DNA of 64,000 nt, taken from Candidatus Zixiibacteriota bacterium (GTDB taxonomy: Bacteria; Zixibacteria; MSB-5A5; UM-FILTER-46-8). Position 1 is the stretch's first letter, and the number at the start of each line of letters is the position of its first letter. Below the pieces are notes generated by a model. It searched no databases, had not been told where the DNA came from, and saw nothing but the letters and a program-made list of their open reading frames with translations. Of the stretch, positions 40,170 to 48,931 are shown one piece after another. The translations under genes and the position numbers were made by a program. The stretch is taken from the NCBI GenBank assembly GCA_014730175.1, contig WJIR01000026.1:1027-65026 (forward strand). Reading direction: 5' to 3'.

Positions 40170-40844
40170 ATGTTCAAACATACAAACAAGATATTAGATA
40201 AATCAGTTAAAGCTATAGATGGCAATATCGGTTTTATCAGAGAACTGTATTTTGACATAAATGATTTAATCTTAAGATATCTTTTAGTCGATATGGAGAA
40301 CTGGTTAACTGACCGAAAGATTCTTATTACGCCCGAGAGTTTCCGGAGTATCAACTGGGATCAGGGCGAGATCACAATAAATTTGAAACGAGCCGATATC
40401 GAGAACAGCCCGATAATAAGGCTTGATGAACCTGTGACGAGAGCGCATGAAAAGCAATTGCGAGAGTTTTATAAGTTCCCGTTTTACTGGAGCAGCCAGG
40501 ACGAGGTTGAAACCGGTTCGTATCTGATCAGCGAAGAAGAATTTCGCATGGTGGATGTTCAATTAATCGACGGGAAATTGGGGAAAGTTCAGGATGTGAT
40601 TGTGGATGATGATACCTGGAAAATAAAGTTTATTATCGTTGATGCGGATGCGATTGAAGTAGGTAGGCGGACGCCCATCCCGTCGGACTGGTTGGATCGC
40701 ATAGATCACGAGGCTAACACCGTTTATGTTGATTTGAAAATGGAAAACGTAGAAACCGCTCCGCAATTCCCTGTCGAGGAATATGAAGATGAGCGCAATA
40801 TAAAAGCTCTATATGATTATTACAGCAGACCGCGCTATTGGTAG
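40170..40844 (+). CDS. PRC-barrel domain protein (two PRC-like repeats)
   Basis: Start chosen at the ATG at 40170 after a strong RBS (AAAAGGAGAAAAAA), giving MFKHTNKILDKSVKAIDGNIGFIRELYFD. The 40098 ORF start overlaps the upstream gene. Confidence 0.65.
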   Translation: MFKHTNKILDKSVKAIDGNIGFIRELYFDINDLILRYLLVDMENWLTDRKILITPESFRSINWDQGEITINLKRADIENSPIIRLDEPVTRAHEKQLREFYKFPFYWSSQDEVETGSYLISEEEFRMVDVQLIDGKLGKVQDVIVDDDTWKIKFIIVDADAIEVGRRTPIPSDWLDRIDHEANTVYVDLKMENVETAPQFPVEEYEDERNIKALYDYYSRPRYW

Positions 40845-40865
40845 TCGACATACGAGAGGAGATAT

Positions 40866-41225
40866 ATGAATAGAATATTAATTATTGATAAAAATATCGA
40901 TGATCTGAACAAGTATCACAGCGAGTTGGTAGAGGATGGATACGAAATTCAAAAATCATCTACGCGCGAAGAAGGGCTTGAATCTCTATCCCGGGATAAG
41001 TCTTTGGACCTCGTTTTGCTTGGGATGGAGACCGGTTCCGAAGGTGGTTTTCAATTACTGCGAGATATCAGAAAAAAACAGCCTGAGATACCTATTCTGT
41101 TGCTCTGCGAACACACTAATTTCAAAAGGGATTTTAGATCGTGGTTAGCGGATGATTATCTGACCAAAACCTCTAATATAGAATCGCTAAAAATCAAAGT
41201 CAAAGAGATGATCGAGGGAAGCTAA
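40866..41225 (+). CDS. Single-domain receiver-like protein lacking the phospho-acceptor Asp (pseudo-receiver)
   Basis: CheY-like fold pattern, but the DD pair reads DK and the acceptor position reads LVLLGMETG (Gly in place of Asp). The conserved Lys is retained (LTKT). Confidence 0.65.
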   Translation: MNRILIIDKNIDDLNKYHSELVEDGYEIQKSSTREEGLESLSRDKSLDLVLLGMETGSEGGFQLLRDIRKKQPEIPILLLCEHTNFKRDFRSWLADDYLTKTSNIESLKIKVKEMIEGS

Positions 41226-41479
41226 TTCTTTCATTGGAAAATTGGAACCGATTAGAATAATCCCTTCACATGAAATCCAGGGCTCCGGCGGATTCTTAGA
41301 TAAAACTCTAATCCGGTTAGGAATATTTCCATCCGGCCGGCGAACCTCTCCTTCATCAAAGCATTCTTACGAGGGCTGCAACAATTGGCATCCATATTGC
41401 TACATCTCTATAAATAGTTGCAAAGAGAGTAATTAATCGGGAACACGAAGAATAAGCTGATAATCTCAGCGAGGAGAAT

Positions 41480-41860
41480 ATGGTGTATAAGGTGTTTTTT
41501 CAGGAGCAAAACAAGATCGGTATCAAACTCGAAGGGGAGTTAAAGGAAAGTGAATTCACACAAGTCCTTCAGCAAATTAAAAACATCTGCACGGCATATC
41601 CCCAAGTTGATATATTATTCGATGCCTCCAACGTGCAGGATTACAAACCTGATTTGGTTGTGGATACTTACGGTACGCTTCATAAATATAAAGGGAATAT
41701 CAGAAAGATAGCCGTCTTATCAAATAACGGATTGGGGATCTATTTGAAGGATCTGTTTAAGAATTTCGAAGACACCGATTTCAGGACATTCGAAACAGAT
41801 GAATTCGAGAAAGCGCAGGATTGGGCATTAAGCCCCGATCCAACGGAGATATATAAATAG
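41480..41860 (+). CDS. STAS/SpoIIAA-like small protein (tentative)
   Basis: 126 aa with alpha/beta sandwich-like sequence features. The call is weak. Confidence 0.4.
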   Translation: MVYKVFFQEQNKIGIKLEGELKESEFTQVLQQIKNICTAYPQVDILFDASNVQDYKPDLVVDTYGTLHKYKGNIRKIAVLSNNGLGIYLKDLFKNFEDTDFRTFETDEFEKAQDWALSPDPTEIYK

Positions 41861-41874
41861 AAAGGAGATATATT

Positions 41875-42300
41875 ATGTTTGTAAGAGATATAATGTCCAC
41901 AGATGTGGAATTGGTCAATCCGGATATGACATTATCGGAAGCAGCTATAAGGATGAAAGAACGGGACATCGGATTTCTGCCGGTTGGAGAGAACGACAGA
42001 CTGGTAGGCATGGTGACTGATAGAGATATCGCCATTCGTGGCGTAGCCGAGGGCAAGGACCCGGTTACCGAGAGTATCAGGAATATAATGACACCGGATG
42101 TTCAGTACTGTTTCGAGAATCAGGAAGTAGGTGAAGCCGCGAAGCTAATGGAGGACAAACAGATACGACGTTTGGTTGTTCTCAACGATGACAAAAGGCT
42201 TGTTGGCGTTTGCTCATTAGGTGATTTCGCCGTAGAGACCAGCGATAAGGAGCTCGGCGGAGAAGTACTTCAGGAAGTCTCGAAACCATCCAAAAAATAG
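41875..42300 (+). CDS. CBS-domain pair protein
   Basis: Two CBS motifs (VGMVTDRDI, VGVCSLGDF) in a 141-aa protein. Confidence 0.85.
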   Translation: MFVRDIMSTDVELVNPDMTLSEAAIRMKERDIGFLPVGENDRLVGMVTDRDIAIRGVAEGKDPVTESIRNIMTPDVQYCFENQEVGEAAKLMEDKQIRRLVVLNDDKRLVGVCSLGDFAVETSDKELGGEVLQEVSKPSKK

Positions 42301-42311
42301 AAGCATCGGTT

Positions 42312-42330
42312 AAGGGGGTTGTTCCCCCTT
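42312..42330 (+). terminator. Hairpin AAGGGGG-ttgtt-CCCCCTT just after the CBS gene
   Basis: 7-bp stem seen in the sequence; the 3' tail is not U-rich. Confidence 0.3.
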
Positions 42331-42373
42331 ACACCGTCAACTATTTGGATTTAAAATATCAAAGGAGAATAAT

Positions 42374-42790
42374 ATGCGGTATAAGGTGGTGGAGGCGCTA
42401 TATATCACCGATGATGTTATAAAGAAAGTTTCCGCTGTAGAGAGGAAGGAACTCGAAAGTAGGGAGCGGATTTATCGAGGGATAAACCATTCCCGGATCT
42501 CAAAGATAAAACCGCAATTGTAGTAGATAATGGGCTTGCTACGGGAGCTTCGATGTGAGCCGCTGTGGAGTCACTAAAGGAATTTAATACGCGACAAATC
42601 GTTTTAGCTGTACCTACCGGAGCGCAGTCCACCTGCAAAGATTACCAGAAGGGGCTAATGAGGTTGTATGCGTTGAAACGCCGAAACATCTCGGCAGCGT
42701 CGGTTAACCCTAATTGGAATTCCCACGGGTTAGCGATGAAGAGGGGTATGCTTTATGAAAGCGGGTGAAGCATCGCGACGCTTAAATACT
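42374..42790 (+). pseudogene. Degraded phosphoribosyltransferase (PRTase) gene: only the C-terminal half remains, with at least 3 in-frame stops and a frameshift
   Basis: Conceptual translation gives RERIYRG...KPQL**VDNGLATGASM*AAVESLKEFNTRQIVLAVP, then ANEVVCVETPKHLGSVG in the +1 frame. This matches the PRTase VVDDGLATGATM / VPV / EVVCLETP region. An RBS plus ATG at 42374 is retained. Confidence 0.6.
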
Positions 42791-42883
42791 ATTATTACCA
42801 CAAATCGCTTGTAATTCCGAATTATTATTCCTACATTCTTATCCAGGAATATCCATAAACACTGCTTGAAAAGGAGTGATGTT

Positions 42884-44341
42884 TTGAGACCGACGCTTAG
42901 ATTTTTAAGTGATCAACTAATAGAGCAAATTGTATCCGAAGCGCAGGAGCTGCTGTCCAAAATAGGTGTGGAGATCCATAACGATAATGTTACTTCGCTT
43001 CTGGCGGACAATGGAGCCAGGGTGGACAACGAAAAAAAACGGGTTTTTATTTCGCGTGACCTAATTGAATCATGCGTAAAAGCCGCCCCGAAAGCCTTTA
43101 AACTCTACGATGTCTTCGGAGAAGAAGCGGTTGATCTCTCCGGATACAACATTAATTTTGTCCCCGGCTCGGCATCGATTAATATCCTCGACTACGAATC
43201 GGATCGTATTCGCAGACCTGTTACGTCCGATATTGTGGACTTCACCAAATTGATGAGCGGAATGCAGTATATCGATTCGCAAGCTACGTCGATTGTGCCA
43301 TCCGACGTTCCCGAGAAAATTTCGGATAGTTATCGATTGTACCTCAGTTTAATTCACTGCAGTAAGCCGGTAGTTACCGGAGCATTCACAATCGACGCAT
43401 TCAATGTGATGAAAGATATGCAGGTCGCCATACGCCGTTCGCGGGACGAGCTGAAATCCAAACCGTTAACGATCTTTTCCTGCTGTCCTACCGCTCCGTT
43501 GAAATGGTCTAATGTTACTTCGCAGAACCTGCTCGATTGTGCTGAATATTTCATTCCGGTGGAATACATTTCGATGCCGCTGACCGGATTCATGGCGCCG
43601 GTTACCTTAGTCGGTACATTGATACAACATACTGCGGAAACATTGAGCGGAATAGTTATCAGCCAGTTGGCGAATCCCGGCGCTCCGGTATTGTATGGCG
43701 GTTCGCCGTCGGTTTTTGATATACGTTACGAAACAACCCCCATGGGGGATGTCGGTACCATGATGATCGATTGCGCATATAATGAAGTCGGAAAACATTT
43801 GGGGCTGCCCACCCAGGCATATATCGGTCTCAGCGATTCCAAGCAGCTTGACGCCCAAGCGGGGCTGGAAACCTCTATGGGCGCGACTCTGGCGGCGCTC
43901 TCCGGTATCAACAGTATATCCGGTCCCGGCATGCTGGATTTCGAAAGCTGTTTCAGCTTGGAGAAACTGGTTGTCGATAATGAAATCTGCGGCATGATCC
44001 AAAGGATGGTTCAGGGAATTGAACCAAAGGAGGATTTCCCCTGTTTACCCCATTTTGAGGAAATGATGAAAGAACAGCACCTTTTGATTTATGACCATAC
44101 GAGGAAGTATCTGAAAAGCGAAATTCATTTCCCCGGAAACGTAATAAACAGAGCGAACAAAGCGCGCTGGGAAGAGGAAGGAAGCCTGACTCTGAGGGAA
44201 AGGGCGCATAAGGAGGTGGAACGAATAATCGAGGGATATGAGGCGCCGGAACTCAGCGAGGAAATTATAATGGAATTGAGAAATCTAATGGAAACCGAAG
44301 CCAAGAAGCATGGAATGGATAGGTTACCTGTTTCGGATTGA
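42884..44341 (+). CDS. MttB-superfamily (non-pyrrolysine) methyltransferase; substrate-specific corrinoid methyltransferase (glycine betaine or another quaternary-amine type)
   Basis: About 485-aa TIM-barrel MttB family pattern with no in-frame amber codon. The likely TTG start at 42884 follows an AAGGAG RBS, whereas the ORF-track start is at 42866. Confidence 0.8.
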   Translation: MRPTLRFLSDQLIEQIVSEAQELLSKIGVEIHNDNVTSLLADNGARVDNEKKRVFISRDLIESCVKAAPKAFKLYDVFGEEAVDLSGYNINFVPGSASINILDYESDRIRRPVTSDIVDFTKLMSGMQYIDSQATSIVPSDVPEKISDSYRLYLSLIHCSKPVVTGAFTIDAFNVMKDMQVAIRRSRDELKSKPLTIFSCCPTAPLKWSNVTSQNLLDCAEYFIPVEYISMPLTGFMAPVTLVGTLIQHTAETLSGIVISQLANPGAPVLYGGSPSVFDIRYETTPMGDVGTMMIDCAYNEVGKHLGLPTQAYIGLSDSKQLDAQAGLETSMGATLAALSGINSISGPGMLDFESCFSLEKLVVDNEICGMIQRMVQGIEPKEDFPCLPHFEEMMKEQHLLIYDHTRKYLKSEIHFPGNVINRANKARWEEEGSLTLRERAHKEVERIIEGYEAPELSEEIIMELRNLMETEAKKHGMDRLPVSD

Positions 44342-45054
44342 TGAGAGAGATAATCGAAATAGACGCAGGGCAAATATCGCCGTCGATTGAATCTGTGCTG
44401 AAATGCCAGGGAATTCCGGAAAACGCCATTCCCGATACCCGGATTTTGAGATTAGCGGAAGAAGCCATTTCCCTTTTTGAGGAACATGGTAGGCCGAAAG
44501 CTATCCTAAGAGAAATCACCAAAAAGGACTTTGAAAATATCTACCGTGGCGAAGGCAAAAACGCCGAGGAAACACCGATTGAGAGTATATACAATTCGTC
44601 AGATTTCCTTGCGCTTTTTGCGGTGACGGTTGGAGAGGATATCAGCACGCTGATATCACGATTGTTTCAGGAGAACGATTTTGCGCAGGGATCCATGCTC
44701 GATTCGGTTGCTTCGGAGAGCGCCGAAAAATCGGCACAGACTGTTGAAGCAATCTACGAAAACTACCTGCGGCAGCGGGACTCATTTCCGGATTCATACG
44801 GAATTTTGCGATTCAGCCCCGGCTATTGCGGATGGCACCTTAGCGCACAAAAGAAGTTATTCGATTTTCTCAATCCGGAGGAGATAGGTATTACATTGAG
44901 GGAAAGCTGCTTGATGGAGCCATTGAAATCGATCAGCGGCGTGATTATCGTGGGAATGAAAGAGATTTTTAAGTTCGAAGACAATTACTGGTTTTGTGCG
45001 GAATGCGAGGATCATTCCTGCCGGGAAAGAATCGAACATGTATCGAATTCATGA
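44338..45054 (+). CDS. MetH reactivation-domain homologue (Met_synt_B12-like), standalone
   Basis: LRFSPGYCGWHLSAQKKLFDFL...IGITLRESCLMEPLKSISG matches the MetH activation domain RxxPGY...LTES..M.P..SVSG. Its ATG overlaps the MttB stop (ATGA). Confidence 0.7.
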   Translation: MMREIIEIDAGQISPSIESVLKCQGIPENAIPDTRILRLAEEAISLFEEHGRPKAILREITKKDFENIYRGEGKNAEETPIESIYNSSDFLALFAVTVGEDISTLISRLFQENDFAQGSMLDSVASESAEKSAQTVEAIYENYLRQRDSFPDSYGILRFSPGYCGWHLSAQKKLFDFLNPEEIGITLRESCLMEPLKSISGVIIVGMKEIFKFEDNYWFCAECEDHSCRERIEHVSNS

Positions 45055-45076
45055 TTCTGAATATACAGGAGCCGAA

Positions 45077-45715
45077 ATGGAAATATTAAAACAGATATCC
45101 GAATCCCTTGAGAAAGGCGATTTCAACCGGGTTGGCGAATTAACTCAACAGGCATTGGATCAAGGGCTCGATCCGAAAGTAATTCTCGATGATGGACTGA
45201 TTGCCGGAATGTCTATCGTGGGACAGAAATTCAAAGTACACGAGATTTTTCTTCCGGATGTCCTTCTGGCAGCCAAGGCGATGTATGCCGGAATGGATTT
45301 ATTGAAACCTCTGATGATTAAGGAAAATATACCATCAATTGGCAAGGTGGTGATGGGAACGGTTCAGGGGGATCTGCATGATATCGGCAAGAATCTGGTA
45401 AGTATAATGCTTAAAGGCGCTGGACTGGATGTTATCGACCTGGGTAACGATGTGCCGCCGGCGAAATTTGTGGATACAGCTATTTCGGAAAACGCAGATG
45501 TTATCGGTATATCCACCCTGCTTACCACCACCATGCCGGTCATGGGGGAAGTGGTGGAGATGGCTAAGGAACGAGGTGTGTATGGTAAGGTTAAGATTAT
45601 CGTCGGGGGCGCCCCGTTAAATGCCGACTATGCCGAACAGATCGGCGCCGATGCTTATTGCTTCGACGGTGTGAACGCCGTTGACTGTGTTAAACGATTT
45701 TTGGGAGCCGGATAA
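45077..45715 (+). CDS. Corrinoid (cobalamin)-binding protein, MtbC/MtgC-like
   Basis: B12-binding DxHxxG motif (GDLHDIGKNLV), a Rossmann-like B12-binding domain, and an N-terminal helical cap. The ATG at 45077 follows an AGGAG RBS. Confidence 0.85.
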   Translation: MEILKQISESLEKGDFNRVGELTQQALDQGLDPKVILDDGLIAGMSIVGQKFKVHEIFLPDVLLAAKAMYAGMDLLKPLMIKENIPSIGKVVMGTVQGDLHDIGKNLVSIMLKGAGLDVIDLGNDVPPAKFVDTAISENADVIGISTLLTTTMPVMGEVVEMAKERGVYGKVKIIVGGAPLNADYAEQIGADAYCFDGVNAVDCVKRFLGAG

Positions 45716-46614
45716 TGCGGGATATTCTGGATCGCATTAAAAACGGTGAAGTTCTTCTCGCAGACGGCGCAATGGGCACCATGCTTATCGAAAAAGGGCT
45801 TAAGATCGGCGACTGTCCCGAAAGACTGAATCTTGACAAACCGGAGCTACTTGGCGAGATAGCCCGCCAATATTTCGACGCCGGCGCCGATATAATCCAG
45901 ACCAATACATTCGGAGGTTCCCCGCTGAAGTTAGCTCAATACTCACTGGAGAGCGAAACCGAAGAACTGAATATCGCCGCGGTAAATGCAGTTCGTCAGG
46001 TGGTTGGTAATAATGCCTATATTTACGGTTCCTGCGGACCAAGCGGCAGATTGCTTAAACCGTATGGCGATACGGAACATCAGGAGGTTTTGGATAGTTT
46101 CAAAAGACAGATAACGGCGCTTATTTCGGAAGGCGCCGATTTGATTTGTGTTGAAACAATGACTGATCTGGAAGAAGCACGGCTTGCAATTAAAGCAGCC
46201 AAATCGATAGATTCTTCAATTCCGGTTTCGGCAACGATGACTTTTGATGTGACTCCGAGGGGCTTTTTTACGATAATGGGAGTTGATATTCAGCATGCGG
46301 TGAAAGGACTGATTGAAGCCGGGGCTGATATGATCGGTTCCAATTGCGGAAACGGAATTGAGAATATGGTAAAGATTGCCGAGGAGTTCCGCAGACTTAC
46401 TTCAATACCTCTGGTGATTCAATCCAATGCCGGTCTGCCGGAAATGATTGATGGCAGAATTGAATATTCTGAGTCGCCGGAGTTTATGGCTGAGCGCTGT
46501 AAACAACTAATTGACATCGACGTAAATGTAATCGGCGGATGTTGCGGAACCACGCCCGAGCATATTTCGGCATTTCGGAATGTCATTGATAAGCATAATT
46601 CCAAGAATTCGTAG
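45715..46614 (+). CDS. Homocysteine S-methyltransferase domain protein (MetH N-terminal/BHMT-like, zinc-dependent)
   Basis: Zn-ligand motifs GSNCG and GGCCGTTPEHI are conserved. The start ATG overlaps the corrinoid protein stop. Confidence 0.8.
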   Translation: MRDILDRIKNGEVLLADGAMGTMLIEKGLKIGDCPERLNLDKPELLGEIARQYFDAGADIIQTNTFGGSPLKLAQYSLESETEELNIAAVNAVRQVVGNNAYIYGSCGPSGRLLKPYGDTEHQEVLDSFKRQITALISEGADLICVETMTDLEEARLAIKAAKSIDSSIPVSATMTFDVTPRGFFTIMGVDIQHAVKGLIEAGADMIGSNCGNGIENMVKIAEEFRRLTSIPLVIQSNAGLPEMIDGRIEYSESPEFMAERCKQLIDIDVNVIGGCCGTTPEHISAFRNVIDKHNSKNS

Positions 46615-46680
46615 AAAAAAGCACTTTACTAATCATTAACAATAGACTACGATTTACACCGGAAAATAAAGGAATGTTTT

Positions 46681-47523
46681 ATGAGTAACAATTCAATAAG
46701 ACAACCAGCATTCGCAGGTAGTTTTTACCCGGGTGATCCGGTGGAGCTGAGCAAAACAATCGCCGATTTTTTCGCCGATACACCTAAACAGGAAGTTGAC
46801 GGAGAGATTGTCGGTTTGGTTTCTCCCCACGCCGGATACATTTACTCCGGTGGTGTGGCTGCGGTCAGCTATAAGTTGTTAGAAGGTGACCAGTATGATA
46901 CAGTGGTGGTTATTGCACCTTCCCATGCAGCTTATTTCGATGGCGTCTCGGCATTTCCGGGAGATACATATAATACTCCGCTTGGACCGGTAGAGGTTGA
47001 CAATGATATCGTAAAGGAGCTAACCCGAGACTCCGGAATCATCACGGAAAGCTATGACGGACATACGGGCGCTGGCGGCAGAGCTGAGCATTCTCTGGAA
47101 GTGCAGTTGCCGTTCCTGCAGATAGTTCTGCCGAAGTTTAGGCTGGTTCCTCTGGTGATGGGAAACCAGAGTTATGAAACCTGCAGGATTTTGGCAGACG
47201 ATTTAAACAAAGCATTGAAAAATAAAAATGCCCTCGTTGTGGCTTCTACCGACCTATCACATTTTCACCCAACGGGAGAAGCGGGAAAGCTGGACAGCGC
47301 ATTCATTGAATATTTTGAGGCGTATCGACCTAAGGAATTAGCGGAAGCATTGTCCAAGCGGAGTTGCGAGGCTTGTGGAGGGGGCCCGGTGGTTGCGCTC
47401 ATGCTGTATGCGCAGCATTTGGGGAATCCTCGGGCAAAGAAACTGATGTATCGAGATTCCTCGGCGGTTTCCGGAGACACCTCCAATGTGGTTGGATATC
47501 TGAGCGGAGTTATAACCATTTAA
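46681..47523 (+). CDS. MEMO1-family protein (AmmeMemoRadiSam system protein B)
   Basis: N-terminal FAGSFYPGDP hallmark and the His/Asp motifs of the MEMO1 fold. Confidence 0.85.
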   Translation: MSNNSIRQPAFAGSFYPGDPVELSKTIADFFADTPKQEVDGEIVGLVSPHAGYIYSGGVAAVSYKLLEGDQYDTVVVIAPSHAAYFDGVSAFPGDTYNTPLGPVEVDNDIVKELTRDSGIITESYDGHTGAGGRAEHSLEVQLPFLQIVLPKFRLVPLVMGNQSYETCRILADDLNKALKNKNALVVASTDLSHFHPTGEAGKLDSAFIEYFEAYRPKELAEALSKRSCEACGGGPVVALMLYAQHLGNPRAKKLMYRDSSAVSGDTSNVVGYLSGVITI

Positions 47524-47603
47524 ACGATGGAAATTCAATCGGATTTTCTAATCATCGCAATAGGATTACCGAAAAAACTTGTAAGTATCAAGATTATTAG
47601 AAT

Positions 47604-48923
47604 ATGAATGTATTTAGATCGAATATAACCAGGTATGCGGTATTTGGCGCATTATGCGCAGTCCTCTTTTACTTCCTTATCTCGCGTAGCGGAGAATATA
47701 TTGAGCCGGTAAACAGCGAGATTATTGAAGAAAACATTAGCCTGAATCCGAATGCGGTTGAGCTTAGCGGAACCATACAACCGCGAAGTTCACTCTATGC
47801 CTCCATGGAGATTTCCGGAGCGCCCAGGGGCTTGATAAACAGAATTACAGGGTCTTTAAAAGAAGTTTTCGACCTGCGAAGTTCCAAGCCAGGAGATGAG
47901 TTCGTTCTAAAATATTGTCCCCCGGACACTCTGCTTGATTTCACCTATCGCACCGAAGGAAGGAATAAGTATATTGTATTACCAAAGGAGAATTCATTGG
48001 TTGCAATTAAGGTTCGCAAGGAGCTTGTCAAATTCATCCGATGTATAGGCGGCAGAGTCGATGGCTCCCTGTGGGAGACGCTCGTCAGGATGGGCGAGGA
48101 TCCGGAATTGATAGCCAAGCTATCCGATGTATTCGCATGGGAGATCGACTTCCTTACCGAAGTGCGTAATGGAGATGAGTTCGAGTTCTTGGTGGAGGGA
48201 TTCGAAGAAGACGGTGAGTTCGTATTCTATGGGGATATAATGGTGGCGCGATATTCGCAGAAGGATTTGGACCATTACGCCATTTTATTCCAGAATGAAC
48301 ATGGGAATCTAAGTTATTACGATCTCAATGGAGATTCGCAGCGTAAAACTTTGCTTAAATCCCCCTTGAATTATCGAAGAGTAGCATCGGGATTCTCTCA
48401 TTCGCGACTGCATCCGATCCTGAAGATCAGGCGCCCGCATTATGGCGTTGATTATGCAGCGGCAACCGGAACCCCGGTGGTGGCTGCCGGCGACGGCAGG
48501 ATTATTTTCAAAGGCTGGCAGAATCAATACGGTTATACCATAATTATTCGGCACAACCATGGTTATCAAACTTATTATGGTCATCTTTCCCGATTCGCTA
48601 AAGGTGTCAAGAAGAATTCCTGGGTTGAGCAGAATCAGGTGATAGGATATGTTGGGAGTACCGGACTATCCACCGGTCCTCATCTCGACTACCGGGTGAA
48701 GCATAATGGGCGATATATCAATCCCCTTTCCATGAATCCTCCTTCCACTGACCCCATTCCCGAAGATCTGCTTGCGGATTTCTTCGATGTCCGGGACAAT
48801 ATCTTACTCACTATGAATTCATATTCCGCGGACGATAAGGTGTATGCTTATTCCGAATCGGAGAAGAGGCAGCAGCTCGCCAGCGTTAATCAAGCAGGCG
48901 CAGCCGCTGACCTCCAACCTTGA
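47604..48923 (+). CDS. M23-family metallopeptidase (murein endopeptidase-like) with N-terminal TM anchor
   Basis: HYGVDYAA...GDG...GSTGLSTGPHLDY M23 motifs (HxxxD, HxH). Confidence 0.85.
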   Translation: MNVFRSNITRYAVFGALCAVLFYFLISRSGEYIEPVNSEIIEENISLNPNAVELSGTIQPRSSLYASMEISGAPRGLINRITGSLKEVFDLRSSKPGDEFVLKYCPPDTLLDFTYRTEGRNKYIVLPKENSLVAIKVRKELVKFIRCIGGRVDGSLWETLVRMGEDPELIAKLSDVFAWEIDFLTEVRNGDEFEFLVEGFEEDGEFVFYGDIMVARYSQKDLDHYAILFQNEHGNLSYYDLNGDSQRKTLLKSPLNYRRVASGFSHSRLHPILKIRRPHYGVDYAAATGTPVVAAGDGRIIFKGWQNQYGYTIIIRHNHGYQTYYGHLSRFAKGVKKNSWVEQNQVIGYVGSTGLSTGPHLDYRVKHNGRYINPLSMNPPSTDPIPEDLLADFFDVRDNILLTMNSYSADDKVYAYSESEKRQQLASVNQAGAAADLQP

Positions 48924-48931
48924 TATAAAAC

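Noticed and set aside
39310-40844. Possibility that 39310-40128 and 40098-40844 are one frameshifted gene
   Set aside because: A strong RBS plus ATG at 40170 starts an independent PRC-barrel protein, the HEXXH protein has its own stop, and the domain content is unrelated.
42884-44341. Pyrrolysine-dependent TMA methyltransferase (amber read-through)
   Set aside because: The reading frame is uninterrupted with no in-frame TAG, so this is a non-Pyl MttB-family member.
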